Part shown: piece by piece, positions 17,916 through 29,300 of the stretch | Layout of the letters: each line of letters begins with the position of its first letter | How positions within the stretch are numbered: the first letter of the stretch is position 1 | Assembly (NCBI GenBank): GCA_945903795.1 | Contig: CAMDPE010000001.1 | Coordinates: 1 to 44,071, forward strand | Direction: 5' to 3' | Source of the DNA: Lutibacter flavus | GTDB taxonomy: Bacteria > Bacteroidota > Bacteroidia > Flavobacteriales > Flavobacteriaceae | Length of the DNA: 44,071 bases | Notes under the pieces: generated by a model | Seen by the model: the letters and a program-made list of their open reading frames with translations, nothing else | Told to the model about the DNA's origin: nothing | Databases searched by the model: none | Position numbers and translations under genes: made by a program

Positions 17916-20369
17916 ATGAGGTTTTTTGCATTATTAATACTTTTTTTAATTACACTATCAGTTAAATCACAACAGGTTAAGGTTATCGACCGCGAAAGCA
18001 AATTTCCAATTCAAAATGTAACTATTTATAATGACAACAGAGATTTAGTAGTTTATACCAATAAAAATGGAATTGCAGATTTATCCGGTTTTAAAGATTC
18101 TGATGTTATTTCATTCAATCATTTATCTTTTATAGAATATGAAATTTTAAAAAATAAGTTGAGTGTTATTGAGTTTGTTGTTTATTTAACCAATAGGGCC
18201 GAACAATTGGATGAAGTGGTTTTATCGGCATCAAGAGGAAAAGAAACACGTAGCCGAATTGCGGAAACGATAGCAATTACTTCAAAGGAAGAAATAAGAA
18301 TGCTCGCGCCGCAAACCACAGCCGATTTGTTAGCAAATTTGCCAGGTATAAAAGTGCAAAAAACACAATTGGGCGGTGGAAGTCCAGTTATTAGAGGAAT
18401 GGAAGCGAATCGGGTTTTGTTGGTGGTTGACGGCGTTCGTATGAACAATGCAATTTATAGAACAGGTCATCTTCAAAGCTCCATCACTGTTTCTCCAACT
18501 GTTTTAGACCGCACAGAAATTATTTATGGTCCTTCATCTGTAATTTACGGTTCCGATGCATTGGGAGGCGTTATCAATTATTTCACCAAGACACCAGAAA
18601 TTAATATTGAAAAAACCATAAACACTTCTGTTTTATCCCGATACAGTACTGCCAATGATGAAAAAACAATTCATTTGGATGTTGAAGCCGGATTCAAAAA
18701 ATGGGCTTCATTTACAGCAGTTTCTTATTCAGATTTTGGTGATTTAAAAATGGGAAAAAACAGAAATCACGGCTTTGACGATTGGGGGAAAGTTTTTCAA
18801 TATTCCAACAATACCAATTCATTTTATAATCCGGAAGGAGTCATAAATTCAAATCCGGCTTTGCAAAAAAATACTGGATATAATCAGTTAGACTTGCTGC
18901 AAAAAATTTATTTACCATTGAGTAAAAAGTCCGACCTTGCCTTTAACATTCAATACTCAACATCATCCGACATTCCAAATTTCGATAATTTAGCTGAGGT
19001 TTCCAGCGGCAAACTGCGCTATGCTGAAGCCTACTATGGGCCGCAAAAAAGGTTTTTGGCTTCCACAAGTTTACACTTCAACCCAAATTATTCTTGGATG
19101 GAAAAAGGAAGCATTATTTTTGCGTTTCAACAAATTGAAGAATCCCGTGTTGAACGCAGAATGAATAGTTTGGATCGATTTTATCGCGCTGAAAATGTAG
19201 ATGTTTACAGTTTAAACGGCGATTTTTCCGTTCCTCTAAATCAGGCAAAAAATAGAAATCTATCTTACGGATTTGAATTTACCCACAACGATGTGAATTC
19301 AACCGCCATTGGAAAAAAAATTGAGGTTAATGGAACCGAAATTACAGGATTTTTAAATGATTTTATAATCCAATCGCGATATCCTGACGGAGGAAGCCAA
19401 TATTCAAGTGCCGCATTATACACCAATTATCGCCAAAACATTAGCAAAAAATCAACCCTTAATACGGGAATCCGACTTACATCTACTTTTTTAAAAGCAC
19501 TTTGGGTTGATGATACATTTATTATCTTACCCAATATGCAAGTTTATTCGGACAATAAAGCGGTGTCGGCCACAGCAGGCTATGTTTACAAACCAACCGG
19601 CAATTGGCAAATTAACACGCTTGTTTCTTCAGGATTCCGTTCCCCAAATATTGATGACATTGGTAAAATTCGTTATAAAAGCGGACAAGTAACAGTGCCT
19701 AATATTTACTTAAAACCAGAATATGTGTATAATTCCGAACTTGGATTAATCCGCTATTTTAACAACAAAAAGTTTTTGGTAAGCGCCAACGCTTATTACA
19801 CCTTGCTTCATCATTACATCGCTCGTGGCGCTTACGAAATTAATGGCCAAAACACACTATTATACGACGGCGAAACAGCAACAACCATGGCAAATATCAA
19901 CAATAAAAATGCTTATATTACAGGAGGAACGCTCAGTTTTCAAGGAACTATTTTCAATCATTTTAAAACCAACGGTTCTGTAACATACACTAAAGGTAAA
20001 AGTTACGATAAAAAATTGCCGTTATCTTCTATTCCTCCACTATTTGGCAATTTGGAAGTGAGTTATTGCCATAACAAATTTCAAACAGGTTTGAATTACC
20101 GGTTTAATGCCGCAAAAAAATTAAGCGAATATAATTTGGAAGAAGGCATAGACAACATTGAACAAACGCCTTTTATGGCAGAAACCAACAATTATTATGG
20201 TACGCCAAAATGGAGCACCTTAAATTTAAATACCAATTATCAGTTTACCGACTCATTTTCATTATCCTTCAAAGTTGATAATATATTTGATGTGCATTAC
20301 AAAGAATTCGCATCTTCCATCAGTTCTCCAGGCCGTAATTATGTGGGCAGTTTATTGCTTAAGTTGTAA
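17916..20369 (+). CDS. TonB-dependent receptor
   Basis: Signal peptide, LDEVVLSA, plug motifs GSPVIRG and EIIYGPSSVIYGSDALGGVINY, C-terminal NIFDVHY...PGRNY. Confidence 0.94.
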   Translation: MRFFALLILFLITLSVKSQQVKVIDRESKFPIQNVTIYNDNRDLVVYTNKNGIADLSGFKDSDVISFNHLSFIEYEILKNKLSVIEFVVYLTNRAEQLDEVVLSASRGKETRSRIAETIAITSKEEIRMLAPQTTADLLANLPGIKVQKTQLGGGSPVIRGMEANRVLLVVDGVRMNNAIYRTGHLQSSITVSPTVLDRTEIIYGPSSVIYGSDALGGVINYFTKTPEINIEKTINTSVLSRYSTANDEKTIHLDVEAGFKKWASFTAVSYSDFGDLKMGKNRNHGFDDWGKVFQYSNNTNSFYNPEGVINSNPALQKNTGYNQLDLLQKIYLPLSKKSDLAFNIQYSTSSDIPNFDNLAEVSSGKLRYAEAYYGPQKRFLASTSLHFNPNYSWMEKGSIIFAFQQIEESRVERRMNSLDRFYRAENVDVYSLNGDFSVPLNQAKNRNLSYGFEFTHNDVNSTAIGKKIEVNGTEITGFLNDFIIQSRYPDGGSQYSSAALYTNYRQNISKKSTLNTGIRLTSTFLKALWVDDTFIILPNMQVYSDNKAVSATAGYVYKPTGNWQINTLVSSGFRSPNIDDIGKIRYKSGQVTVPNIYLKPEYVYNSELGLIRYFNNKKFLVSANAYYTLLHHYIARGAYEINGQNTLLYDGETATTMANINNKNAYITGGTLSFQGTIFNHFKTNGSVTYTKGKSYDKKLPLSSIPPLFGNLEVSYCHNKFQTGLNYRFNAAKKLSEYNLEEGIDNIEQTPFMAETNNYYGTPKWSTLNLNTNYQFTDSFSLSFKVDNIFDVHYKEFASSISSPGRNYVGSLLLKL

Positions 20370-20397
20370 AAAGGGATAAATGATTAAAAATAATATA

Positions 20398-20519
20398 TTG
20401 GGCGTTTCCCTGCAGGTCAGGTTTTTCGTTTCAATCTGTCATTGCCAAAATCAAAGCAATTTCTTAGTCAACTTTTAAAATCGCAACGCCAGGATTTTCA
20501 CTTCAACCCTTAACGCAAA
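20398..20519 (+). ncRNA. Structured intergenic element resembling the Flavo-1 type Bacteroidota RNA motif
   Basis: TTGGGCGTTTCCC...GGTCAGGTTTTTCGTTTCAATC...GGATTTTCACTTCAACCCTTAACGCAA; ends pair (GCGTT/AACGC); family assignment is from memory, not from a search. Confidence 0.55.
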
Positions 20520-20676
20520 TACTAAAGGGCAATTATAAAGAAGTTTTTTTTCGGTATTTTGCCCATCTAGCCTTAATTTATCCCTCGTTGTTTCTTTTTA
20601 TTTTTATTTTAATTAACTATAAATGTTGAAGTTAAATAAATATTCTATATATTTATTTTCTAAAAACTGCACTGTT

Positions 20677-20784
20677 ATGAAAAATCAACCAACCATGGCT
20701 CCAAAAGACCCTAACCCTATTATTGAGTATTTCTTTCAAACACTTGTTTTTTACCACCCTAAACAAACATATCAATTTTTTTGA
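20677..20784 (+). CDS. Possible upstream micro-ORF, 35 aa (MKNQPTMAPKDPNPIIEYFFQTLVFYHPKQTYQFF)
   Basis: First ATG after a TTG-N19-TATATTTA promoter candidate (20626-20655); C-run-rich 5' part. Confidence 0.3.
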   Translation: MKNQPTMAPKDPNPIIEYFFQTLVFYHPKQTYQFF

Positions 20785-20892
20785 TGCTTTTGATTTTTAG
20801 GCTATTTCTTTCCTAAATTTTATGTAACAGAAAAAATTATTGAATAATAATTTTTTTCGATTTTCTCTATTTCACTAATTAAAATGCTAGCT

Positions 20893-23800
20893 ATGAAAAA
20901 ATATTTGCTGCTTTTGATGATATGTTTTTGCATATTTGAAACGTTTTCACAAACAACAATTGGATCTTATAATTTTGACAACGGATTTCAAGGTTGGACT
21001 GATGGAGGAGATGATGCGGGATTGAATACATCAAGCAATTATGCTTGCAGCAGTTCAGGAAGTGTTTATTCAAGAGACAATGATACTGGAGAAAATAGAG
21101 TTACATCTCCAAACCTGGCATTATCGGGATATGGATCAGTTGATATTTCATTTTGCTATAAATCCAGAAACCTTGATTCTGGTGAAGGATTTAATTTAGA
21201 ATATTACAACGGTACTAATTGGGTTCCTTTAAAAACCTATAAAAAAGGAACGGACTTCACAAGTAATGACACGTCGTATAACTTTACATTTAAACTAAAT
21301 GCTTGTGACTATACTTTTGCCAATACATCTAAATTTCGATTTGTTGGAACAGCTAATAATTCCGATGAATATAATTATTTTGACAATGTTGAAATTGTTG
21401 GACATGTTGCATCACCTGAAATTAATATTCTTGGAAACGGAAACTCAATTTTAAATGGAGATGCAGTACCAACAAACATAGACAATACCGATTTTGGTTC
21501 TGTTGCTGTCTCTGCCATTGTAACTAATATATTTACCATAGAAAACTTAGGGAGTTCCCTTTTAAATTTAACAGGTACGCCAATAATTTCCGTAAGTGGA
21601 AATGCAGCATTTACTGTTTCTATGCAACCATCAGGAGCAACAATCGCTTCTTGCAGTAGCCGAACTTTTTCAGTTAAATTTAATCCTACGGTATCTGGTG
21701 TGCAATCTGCAATTATTTCAATTGCAAATAACGATGCCAATGAGAATCCGTATACGTTTACCGTTCAAGGTCAGGCAGAACAAAACTTTTACGATAGTGA
21801 TGGGGACGGTGTTTTTGATAATATAGATATTGATGACGATAATGATGGGATTAGAGATGATTTAGAAGAAGGAAATTGTAGAATTACCAATGGACAAAGT
21901 GTAACATATAAATTTTTAAATGAAACTTTTGGAGCAGGAAACCGGACAACCATCAACACAACTTATGCTGCAACAACTACTTATATTTATGAGTCAGGAG
22001 GAGATTTAAATGATGGAGAATATACGGTTGGCTCATCAGCACAAATTGCTTCTTGGGCAAATGATTATTGGTATATGGGAGGAGACCATACTCCTGGAGA
22101 CACCAATGGAAGAATGGCAATGTTCAATGCCGATAATACTCCTGGAATCTTTTATACAGCAACTATTTCCGGGGCATTACCAAATATCCCAATTACCTAT
22201 AGCTTTTGGGCAATTAATCTTGATAGAACAGATGCTAGTCAAAATCCAATAAGAGCACTGCCAAACATTAAAGTTGAATTTAGAGATTTGAGTAATAATT
22301 TATTGGAAACTGTAAATACTGGCGATATTTCATTAACAACTGTAGGTAATTTAGCAGGTGACTGGCGAAATTTTACAGCCAATCTTAATTTGCCTGTAAG
22401 TGCTTTTAAAGTAATTTTTATTAATAATAAACCTGGAGGAATAGGAAATGACCTGGCCATTGATGATATTGAAATTAAGCAAACGCTTTGTGACACAGAT
22501 AATGATGGCGTTGCCGATGTTTTTGATTTGGACAGCGATAACGACGGTATTCCAGATATTTTGGAAGCTGGTTTGGGACATTTAAGCAATGGAACCGGCC
22601 GAATTGTAGTTGCTTGGATAGATGCCAACAACAATGGACTTCATGATTCAGCTGAATCCATTATCATAAACGCTGCAAGCATTCCTGATTCTGACGGTGA
22701 CGGTGTGCCAAACTACTTGGATTTGGATAGTGATAACGACAGTATTTTTGACGTGGATGAATCTGGCGCTGGAAACAGCAATGCAACCATTAATTTTGTA
22801 AATAACTATGAAAATGGTGATGGTGATATCAACGGAGATGGTGTTGGTAATGGATTGGAATCGGAAACATTCAGAAATAAAGACACCAACGGCGATGGAA
22901 TTATGGAGGGATTTGGTGACGGTATTTTAGATATTTACGATTATGGAACTGGTGCAAACCAATATGGAAATCTGGGACAGGGTTTAACAGGAACTGGCTG
23001 GAAGGATTATGTGAAAGATACCGACAATGATGGAACTCCAGACTATTTGGATACCAAATCCAACGGAATAACATTTGACATTGCTGGTACTTTATATGCA
23101 AGTTTAGATAATAATGGAGACGGAAAAATTGATGGCAACACAGACATTGACCATGACGGAATATTGGATGCTTTTGATACAAACACGGCCGTTTTTGGCT
23201 CGCCAAGAAATTTAAACCAAAAATTACATTTGTATTTTGATGGCAGAAACGATTATATTGAAGAGGATAATGGAACCAATATTGTAAATGGATTGTCTCA
23301 AGCCACTATGATGGCTTGGGTAAAATTGGATCCGAATTTTTCAAAAAATGGCGCCATAATGGGACAAACAAATTTTTGGATACGCATTAATGGAAGTAGA
23401 AGGTTAAGTGTTGAAATTCCAGACACCAAACCCTTCGCAACTCCTTCAGGAATACCACTTCTATCCTTAAACATATGGACTCATGTTGCTGCGGTTTTTG
23501 AAGGATCAAATACTTCAGAAAAAGTTAAATTATATATAAACGGAGAAAAAGTTGCCAGTACAAATCCAACAGGGTTAGGGGCAACTATTCCGACAAGTTC
23601 AAACACAAAATTTAGGATTGGAAGAGCTCCTTCAAATTTGGATATTAATAATACAACGCCCGATATGTTCAAAGGCGAAATGGATGAAGTCAGAGTTTTT
23701 AATAAAGCCTTAACCGAAGAGGAACTTCAAAAAATGGTGTATCAGGAATTAAATGATGTAAACGGATTTAATAGTGGTGTTGTTATTCCGAGGGAAATTT

Positions 23801-25950
23801 CACCCACAATTGGCGCCAATTTGGTGAGGTATTTCAGAATGGATACTTACAAAGACGATATATTAGACAATTTAAAAACGCCTGTCATTGATGCTTTAAC
23901 AGGGGCAAAATTGTACAACATCAAAAATATTTATCCGCAAACCGCCCCATTGCCTTATGAAACAAAAGCTGATGGAGATTGGTCTAATGTTGCAAGTTGG
24001 TTACACGGAGGTGTTTGGGACATTGCTTCCGAAGCAACAAACAAGGATTGGGCAATTGTGCATATTAAAAATGATGTTACAACGTCAAAAAGGCACAGCA
24101 CCTCCGGACTTATTGTTGATGCAACTAAAAAATTATCCATCAAAACAAGCAAAGAACTAAAAAACACTTGGTATTTGGAATTGGACGGCTTTATAGATTT
24201 GGAGGATGAATCACAGTTAGTGCAAACTGAAAATAGCATTTTAGACCAAGACAGTGGCGGTTTTATAGAACGCGATCAACAAGGAACGGCTAATAGTTTT
24301 AATTATAATTATTGGTCGTCATCCGTTGGGGCAATAACGCCTTTGGGAATTAACCAAAAAGGAACTGGTGTGGCAAGCACAAATGCAAGCCACAAATTAG
24401 TGGATATTTTAATGGATGGTACAATTGCCAGTGAACCAAACAAAAATGGAATCATTAATTTTCTACCAACACATGGGTCGGCCGATGCTGGTATTACAAC
24501 ACCAATTATCATCAGCTCCTATTGGTTATATACTTTTAACGGAACAGATAATAGTTATGGCGCCTGGAAATCCATCAACAAAAATACTGCTTTGTTGGCT
24601 GGTGAAGGCTATACAATGAAAGGAACTTCAGGTGCCGTAAATATTGGAAACCAACAGAATTATGTTTTTAAGGGAAAACCAAATAATGGCGATTTTACCT
24701 TGTATATTGCTCCTGGCAACGACAGATTAATAGGAAATCCGTACCCTTCAGCAATGGATGCCGATGAATTTATAAAAGACAATATCAAAGAAACCATCAA
24801 CAGTAAAGTAGGCAGAAATACCAAAAATATTTTTAATGGCGCTTTGTATTTTTGGGATCATTTTGGGGAAAGAAATACCCATATTTTACGCGAATATGTG
24901 GGAGGTTATGCTACTTTTACCTTGATGGGCGGCGCTAAAGCCATTGCGAGTGATTCCCGAATCAACACTACTTCTGGACTTCTATCCTGGAAAATGCCGC
25001 AACGGTACATTCCGGTTAACCAAGGATTTTTTGTGATTGCGGCATTGGAATTAAACCCGGCTGCCACTTATACAACACCCACAATTGATGGCGGCGATAT
25101 TGTTTTTAAAAATAACCAGCGCATATTTATGCCTGAATCAATAAGTAATTCAGTCTTTATGAAAGGTGTAAACGCAAAACCTGCCCATACTTCTGAAGAA
25201 AAAGAAAAAGACACTATTGAAAATTATCTAAACCTTGATAAAAGACCAAAAATTTGGCTGCAATTTGATTCTCCAACAGGTTATCACCGTCAGTTGTTGG
25301 TGGGTATGGATGAAAACACTTCCAATTTTTTCGATTTGGGTTATGATGCGCCTATTGCCGATATTGGCAAAGAAGATATGTTCTGGGTTTTTGACGGCGG
25401 AAAATTTGTGATTCAGGCAGTAAATAATTTTAACACAGACCAAGAATTACCCATGGGTTTGGTAGTAAGTAAAAAGGGTTTGGCACGCATTAAAATTGAT
25501 GATCAAAAAAATATGGATGAAAACATTTCTGCACATATAAAAGACAAATTAACTGGTGAAATTCACAATATTTCCCAAAAGCCTTTTGAAATTGATTTGG
25601 AAGCAGGAACCTATTTAAATAGGTTTGCACTAACTTTTAAAATGCAAAAACTAATTGCGGAAGATCTCTCAACAGAAGTTTTGATACCAGCAGAAATGCA
25701 ACTTACAAATGAAGGTATTCAAGTATTTATGGACAACACCATTAGAGAAATTCAAATAAAAAACAACAGTAATGATGAAATTGTGGGTATTGTCTTGTAC
25801 AATTATTTAGGACAAACTATTAAAACCTGGAATGCCAATTTTAAGATGCGAACCAATTCATTTCCTTTAAATATTGCAGCCGGCGTTTATCTTGTAAAAA
25901 TAAGCACCAAAAAAAATAAAACTTTTACAAGGAGGATTGTGGTACGTTAA
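20893..25950 (+). CDS. Large T9SS cargo protein 1: Ig-like (choice-of-anchor D-like), Ca-binding DxDxDG repeats, LamG-like jellyroll, T9SS CTD; start probably MKKYLL
   Basis: Signal peptide, PEINILGNG..NTDFG, many DSDNDGIPD repeats, FDGRNDY/WTHVAAV/MDEVRVF LamG motifs, YNYLGQ..AGVYLVKI tail. Confidence 0.9.
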   Translation: MKKYLLLLMICFCIFETFSQTTIGSYNFDNGFQGWTDGGDDAGLNTSSNYACSSSGSVYSRDNDTGENRVTSPNLALSGYGSVDISFCYKSRNLDSGEGFNLEYYNGTNWVPLKTYKKGTDFTSNDTSYNFTFKLNACDYTFANTSKFRFVGTANNSDEYNYFDNVEIVGHVASPEINILGNGNSILNGDAVPTNIDNTDFGSVAVSAIVTNIFTIENLGSSLLNLTGTPIISVSGNAAFTVSMQPSGATIASCSSRTFSVKFNPTVSGVQSAIISIANNDANENPYTFTVQGQAEQNFYDSDGDGVFDNIDIDDDNDGIRDDLEEGNCRITNGQSVTYKFLNETFGAGNRTTINTTYAATTTYIYESGGDLNDGEYTVGSSAQIASWANDYWYMGGDHTPGDTNGRMAMFNADNTPGIFYTATISGALPNIPITYSFWAINLDRTDASQNPIRALPNIKVEFRDLSNNLLETVNTGDISLTTVGNLAGDWRNFTANLNLPVSAFKVIFINNKPGGIGNDLAIDDIEIKQTLCDTDNDGVADVFDLDSDNDGIPDILEAGLGHLSNGTGRIVVAWIDANNNGLHDSAESIIINAASIPDSDGDGVPNYLDLDSDNDSIFDVDESGAGNSNATINFVNNYENGDGDINGDGVGNGLESETFRNKDTNGDGIMEGFGDGILDIYDYGTGANQYGNLGQGLTGTGWKDYVKDTDNDGTPDYLDTKSNGITFDIAGTLYASLDNNGDGKIDGNTDIDHDGILDAFDTNTAVFGSPRNLNQKLHLYFDGRNDYIEEDNGTNIVNGLSQATMMAWVKLDPNFSKNGAIMGQTNFWIRINGSRRLSVEIPDTKPFATPSGIPLLSLNIWTHVAAVFEGSNTSEKVKLYINGEKVASTNPTGLGATIPTSSNTKFRIGRAPSNLDINNTTPDMFKGEMDEVRVFNKALTEEELQKMVYQELNDVNGFNSGVVIPREISPTIGANLVRYFRMDTYKDDILDNLKTPVIDALTGAKLYNIKNIYPQTAPLPYETKADGDWSNVASWLHGGVWDIASEATNKDWAIVHIKNDVTTSKRHSTSGLIVDATKKLSIKTSKELKNTWYLELDGFIDLEDESQLVQTENSILDQDSGGFIERDQQGTANSFNYNYWSSSVGAITPLGINQKGTGVASTNASHKLVDILMDGTIASEPNKNGIINFLPTHGSADAGITTPIIISSYWLYTFNGTDNSYGAWKSINKNTALLAGEGYTMKGTSGAVNIGNQQNYVFKGKPNNGDFTLYIAPGNDRLIGNPYPSAMDADEFIKDNIKETINSKVGRNTKNIFNGALYFWDHFGERNTHILREYVGGYATFTLMGGAKAIASDSRINTTSGLLSWKMPQRYIPVNQGFFVIAALELNPAATYTTPTIDGGDIVFKNNQRIFMPESISNSVFMKGVNAKPAHTSEEKEKDTIENYLNLDKRPKIWLQFDSPTGYHRQLLVGMDENTSNFFDLGYDAPIADIGKEDMFWVFDGGKFVIQAVNNFNTDQELPMGLVVSKKGLARIKIDDQKNMDENISAHIKDKLTGEIHNISQKPFEIDLEAGTYLNRFALTFKMQKLIAEDLSTEVLIPAEMQLTNEGIQVFMDNTIREIQIKNNSNDEIVGIVLYNYLGQTIKTWNANFKMRTNSFPLNIAAGVYLVKISTKKNKTFTRRIVVR

Positions 25951-25990
25951 TAAATTTCGATTCTTTAAGAAATCAAGCTCATTTCAAAAA
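25949..25990 (+). repeat. Left arm of 42-bp inverted repeat
   Basis: AATAAATTTCGATTCTTTAAGAAATCAAGCtcATTTCAAAAA; 40/42 match to the reverse complement of 26240-26281. Confidence 0.92.
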
Positions 25991-26054
25991 ATAATATTGT
26001 GGCTTAAATTGAAAAAAACTGCTTTATATTAGATGGATTAAATTATAATAATAT

Positions 26055-26105
26055 ACCATTTATTCAATTTTACGAACCAAATAGATGTATTATAATGCCA
26101 TTTAT
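26055..26105 (+). promoter_or_regulatory. Three LytTR-type direct repeats, 21-bp period
   Basis: CCATTTA at 26056, CCAAATA at 26077, CCATTTA at 26098. Confidence 0.62.
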
Positions 26106-26126
26106 TTGATTTTTTATTGTTGAATA

Positions 26127-26158
26127 TTAGGAAGTTAAATATATTTTTTTTAACTTCG
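26127..26158 (+). promoter_or_regulatory. Promoter candidate for cargo gene 2
   Basis: TTAGGA-N18-TAACTTCG; identical spacing to TTAGGA-N18-TACCTTGC at 31787-31818. Confidence 0.6.
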
Positions 26159-26179
26159 TAAGTTCAAAACCCCTATAAT

Positions 26180-26257
26180 ATGAAAACACAACTACTCTTA
26201 TTTTTTCTTCACTCTTTTTTCGGCATTTTTCCGAAAACATTTTTGAAATCCGCTTGA
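26180..26257 (+). CDS. Upstream micro-ORF, 25 aa (MKTQLLLFFLHSFFGIFPKTFLKSA)
   Basis: Start context CAAAACCCCTATAAT-ATG and first codons conserved with the micro-ORF at 31839. Confidence 0.45.
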   Translation: MKTQLLLFFLHSFFGIFPKTFLKSA

Positions 26258-26281
26258 TTTCTTAAAGAATCGAAATTTATT
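26240..26281 (-). repeat. Right arm of 42-bp inverted repeat
   Basis: TTTTTGAAATccGCTTGATTTCTTAAAGAATCGAAATTTATT. Confidence 0.92.
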
Positions 26282-26382
26282 TTAGATTACTTATCGTAAG
26301 GCATAGCCGAAATAGATAACAATTTTTCAATGAGTTTTATAGATAAATCAAATCTCCTCTGTGTAAGAAACAAATAATTATC

Positions 26383-29300
26383 ATGGAAACCCCAAACTTA
26401 AAAATTACAAATTGCAAACTCAGCTATTTACTAATGGTGATACTGTTTCTAAGCGCTTATGCTGAAACAATAGCCCAAACAGTTACATCCCCACAAGTTC
26501 CTTTTTTACAAAGAACTTCAGCGGCTTCACCTGCTCAAACAACATACAACATTAAGGGAGATTTTACAATGTTGGGTAATACTAATTTAACGCTTGTTAA
26601 TTATGGTCTCAGCACCAATAATGAAAGTAATCAGATGAAATATGTTGATACTGACGGCGATACCAATACTTGGAATTCTTCAATGGCAACCCTTGAACTT
26701 TCTAATTCGGGCGAGAACTCTGCGAGTCAAAATTGTTCATCTATTATTTTTGCTGGGCTCTATTGGACAGGAAAATCAGATGACAATGATACTTTTACAG
26801 TCACAAAATCAGTTGAAGACACTAACGCCCCTATACAACAAGTAATTGAAAATTATGAAGTTAACCATCAAGGAGCTATAGCCCATTCGGACTACTCAAT
26901 GACAGTTACACGTTTAGGATCAAGCAATAATTATTATCCAAAATATACATTTACATCAACTGTTTCTGGTCAACCAATAATTGTGTTTGAGGTTAGTAAC
27001 AGCTTTCAAGTAAAATATAGTATTAACGGAGGAAGTTGGATTATACCCGGGAACCAAAATATTTATGATAACACGCCAAATACCGACAGCAAAGAAATTA
27101 CATTTGATTCAGTAACAATATATACAGGATCAGGAATTGTTCTTACTGTAAATAAATTGCGCCGAGATGAAGATGATGATGAGAGTTCTAACAATACAGA
27201 AGACCATAGTTTCGCTTATGGAACTATAACTTATGATGGTTATCCATTAATTTCCGTTGACAAGAATTTTGATAAGAAAAAAATATCTATAAAAGGTCCT
27301 GGCGCTCCAGGTTATACTACCATCACTGCAAAACCTAACGGTACAAATTCTGAAATTCGATTTCCGGGATCATCCAATAGTGGCATTTTTGTTGGCTATC
27401 AAGAAATTACAGATTATGTAAAAACATATGGTTCGGGCGCTTATACAATTGCTGATATTGCTTTGACAGAAGGAACAAATTCCAATCCAGGTTTGTCGGG
27501 AGGTTGGGTAATGGTTGTTATTTATGAAAATCCTTTAATGAAAAGCCGTGCCGTAACGCTATTTGATGGCTATGCTTATGTAAACGGACAACTTTCAGGG
27601 GGAGGCGAATATGGAAATATTGACATCTCAGGATTTACAACTGTTGGTTTAGGGCCCGTAAACATGAAACTAGGCGTTATGGCAGCAGAAGGAGATGTAG
27701 GAGCCACATCAGGAAGTGATTATTTGGCAGTACAAAAACTAAATGCGAATCCAGCAGTTTATAACACGACAAACTATTTAACGTTAAATCACGCAAGAAA
27801 TTCAACCACAAACTTTTTCAATTCCTCTATATATCCAGTTCCTGCTATAGGTACCAGTAACCCAATTTTACAAAACAACACAGGGGTTGATTTCAGTATG
27901 TTTACAATTCCGAATGCAAATAATTCAGTCATAGGAAACAATCAAACATCCACAACTTTTAGGTTTGGCTCAACTTATGAAGTATTTACAATATTCGGTT
28001 TTGCGATGTCGGTAGATGCCTATATTCCAGATCCAAAGGGATTAATAAGCGTAAATTCCATTAATAATGTTACAAACCCTGCCATTTTAAATGCGTTGCC
28101 TGGGCAATCAATCAATTATTCTCTAAATATTACGAATGAAGGAACGGAAGCCACGAATAACACCATAATTACCATCCCCATTCCTGCAACCACAATTTTT
28201 CATACGGGGACAATTGTATATCACACTTATAATGGTTTTACCACAACCAATATTCCCTCTTTTGATTCGGGAACAAACAAAATTATTTGGAATTTGGGCA
28301 CATTGCCAATAACAGCAGGTCATCCAGAATATATATATGCCGATATAAGTTTTACCCTCGATGTTACAACAGATTGTGCCATTATATTAAACGTTGGTTG
28401 TAGTCCCGAAGTTTCTTTAGAAACAGGTGCAATAACTGGCACGGGTGCTACATCAGGATCTTCATTTACAAAATATTTTTTTCAGGGATATGATGGTACC
28501 TCTTGTCATTTACCTATTGATGGCTCAATTAAAGTGGCTATAGATGCAAGTTCTTGCTTTTCAAGTATGGCTGGCCCTGATCAAATAACTTCTTGTGGAG
28601 GAGAATTTGTTACGCTAACTGCTGCAACAGGAACAGCAGGAGTATGGGAAATTGTTAGCGGACCTGCTGGTGGTGGAGAAATATTTTCAAATAACACAAG
28701 CCCAAGTTCAACATTTTACAGCCCTAATCTTGGTGTGTACACTTTAAGGTGGACAACAAATTGTGCCACAACAGATGATGTTGTAATTACTTTTACACTC
28801 TGCAATGTTGTCAATTTTGACGGAATTGATGACCATATTAACTTTAAGAATAACTTTAATTTAAACAGTGGTAATTTTAGCATAGAAGCCTGGGTAAAAT
28901 CGAATGCTGCAAATGGTAATACACAATCAATATTGTCAAAACACCTTAGCCCAAGTTCGTCTGATGGCTATGACTTAAGATTGGTAAACAATTTCATCTC
29001 ATTCAATTGGAACAACAATTCCATAACCGCCGATCATGCAATTGACACCAACAGATGGTATCATATTGCGGTTACTTTCGATGGCGCTAACTATAAGTTA
29101 TATATTGACGGAATATTAGAAAAAAATAATTCAGGGGCAAACCCAACAATAAATAGTGTCGATTGCATTATGGGTGCGATGAGCCAAAACACCAATTCAC
29201 CATATAATTATTATAATGGATGGGCCGATGAACTTCGTATGTGGAATGTTTCTTTAACAGTTGAACAAATTCGTCAGATGATGAATCAGGAAATAACAAA

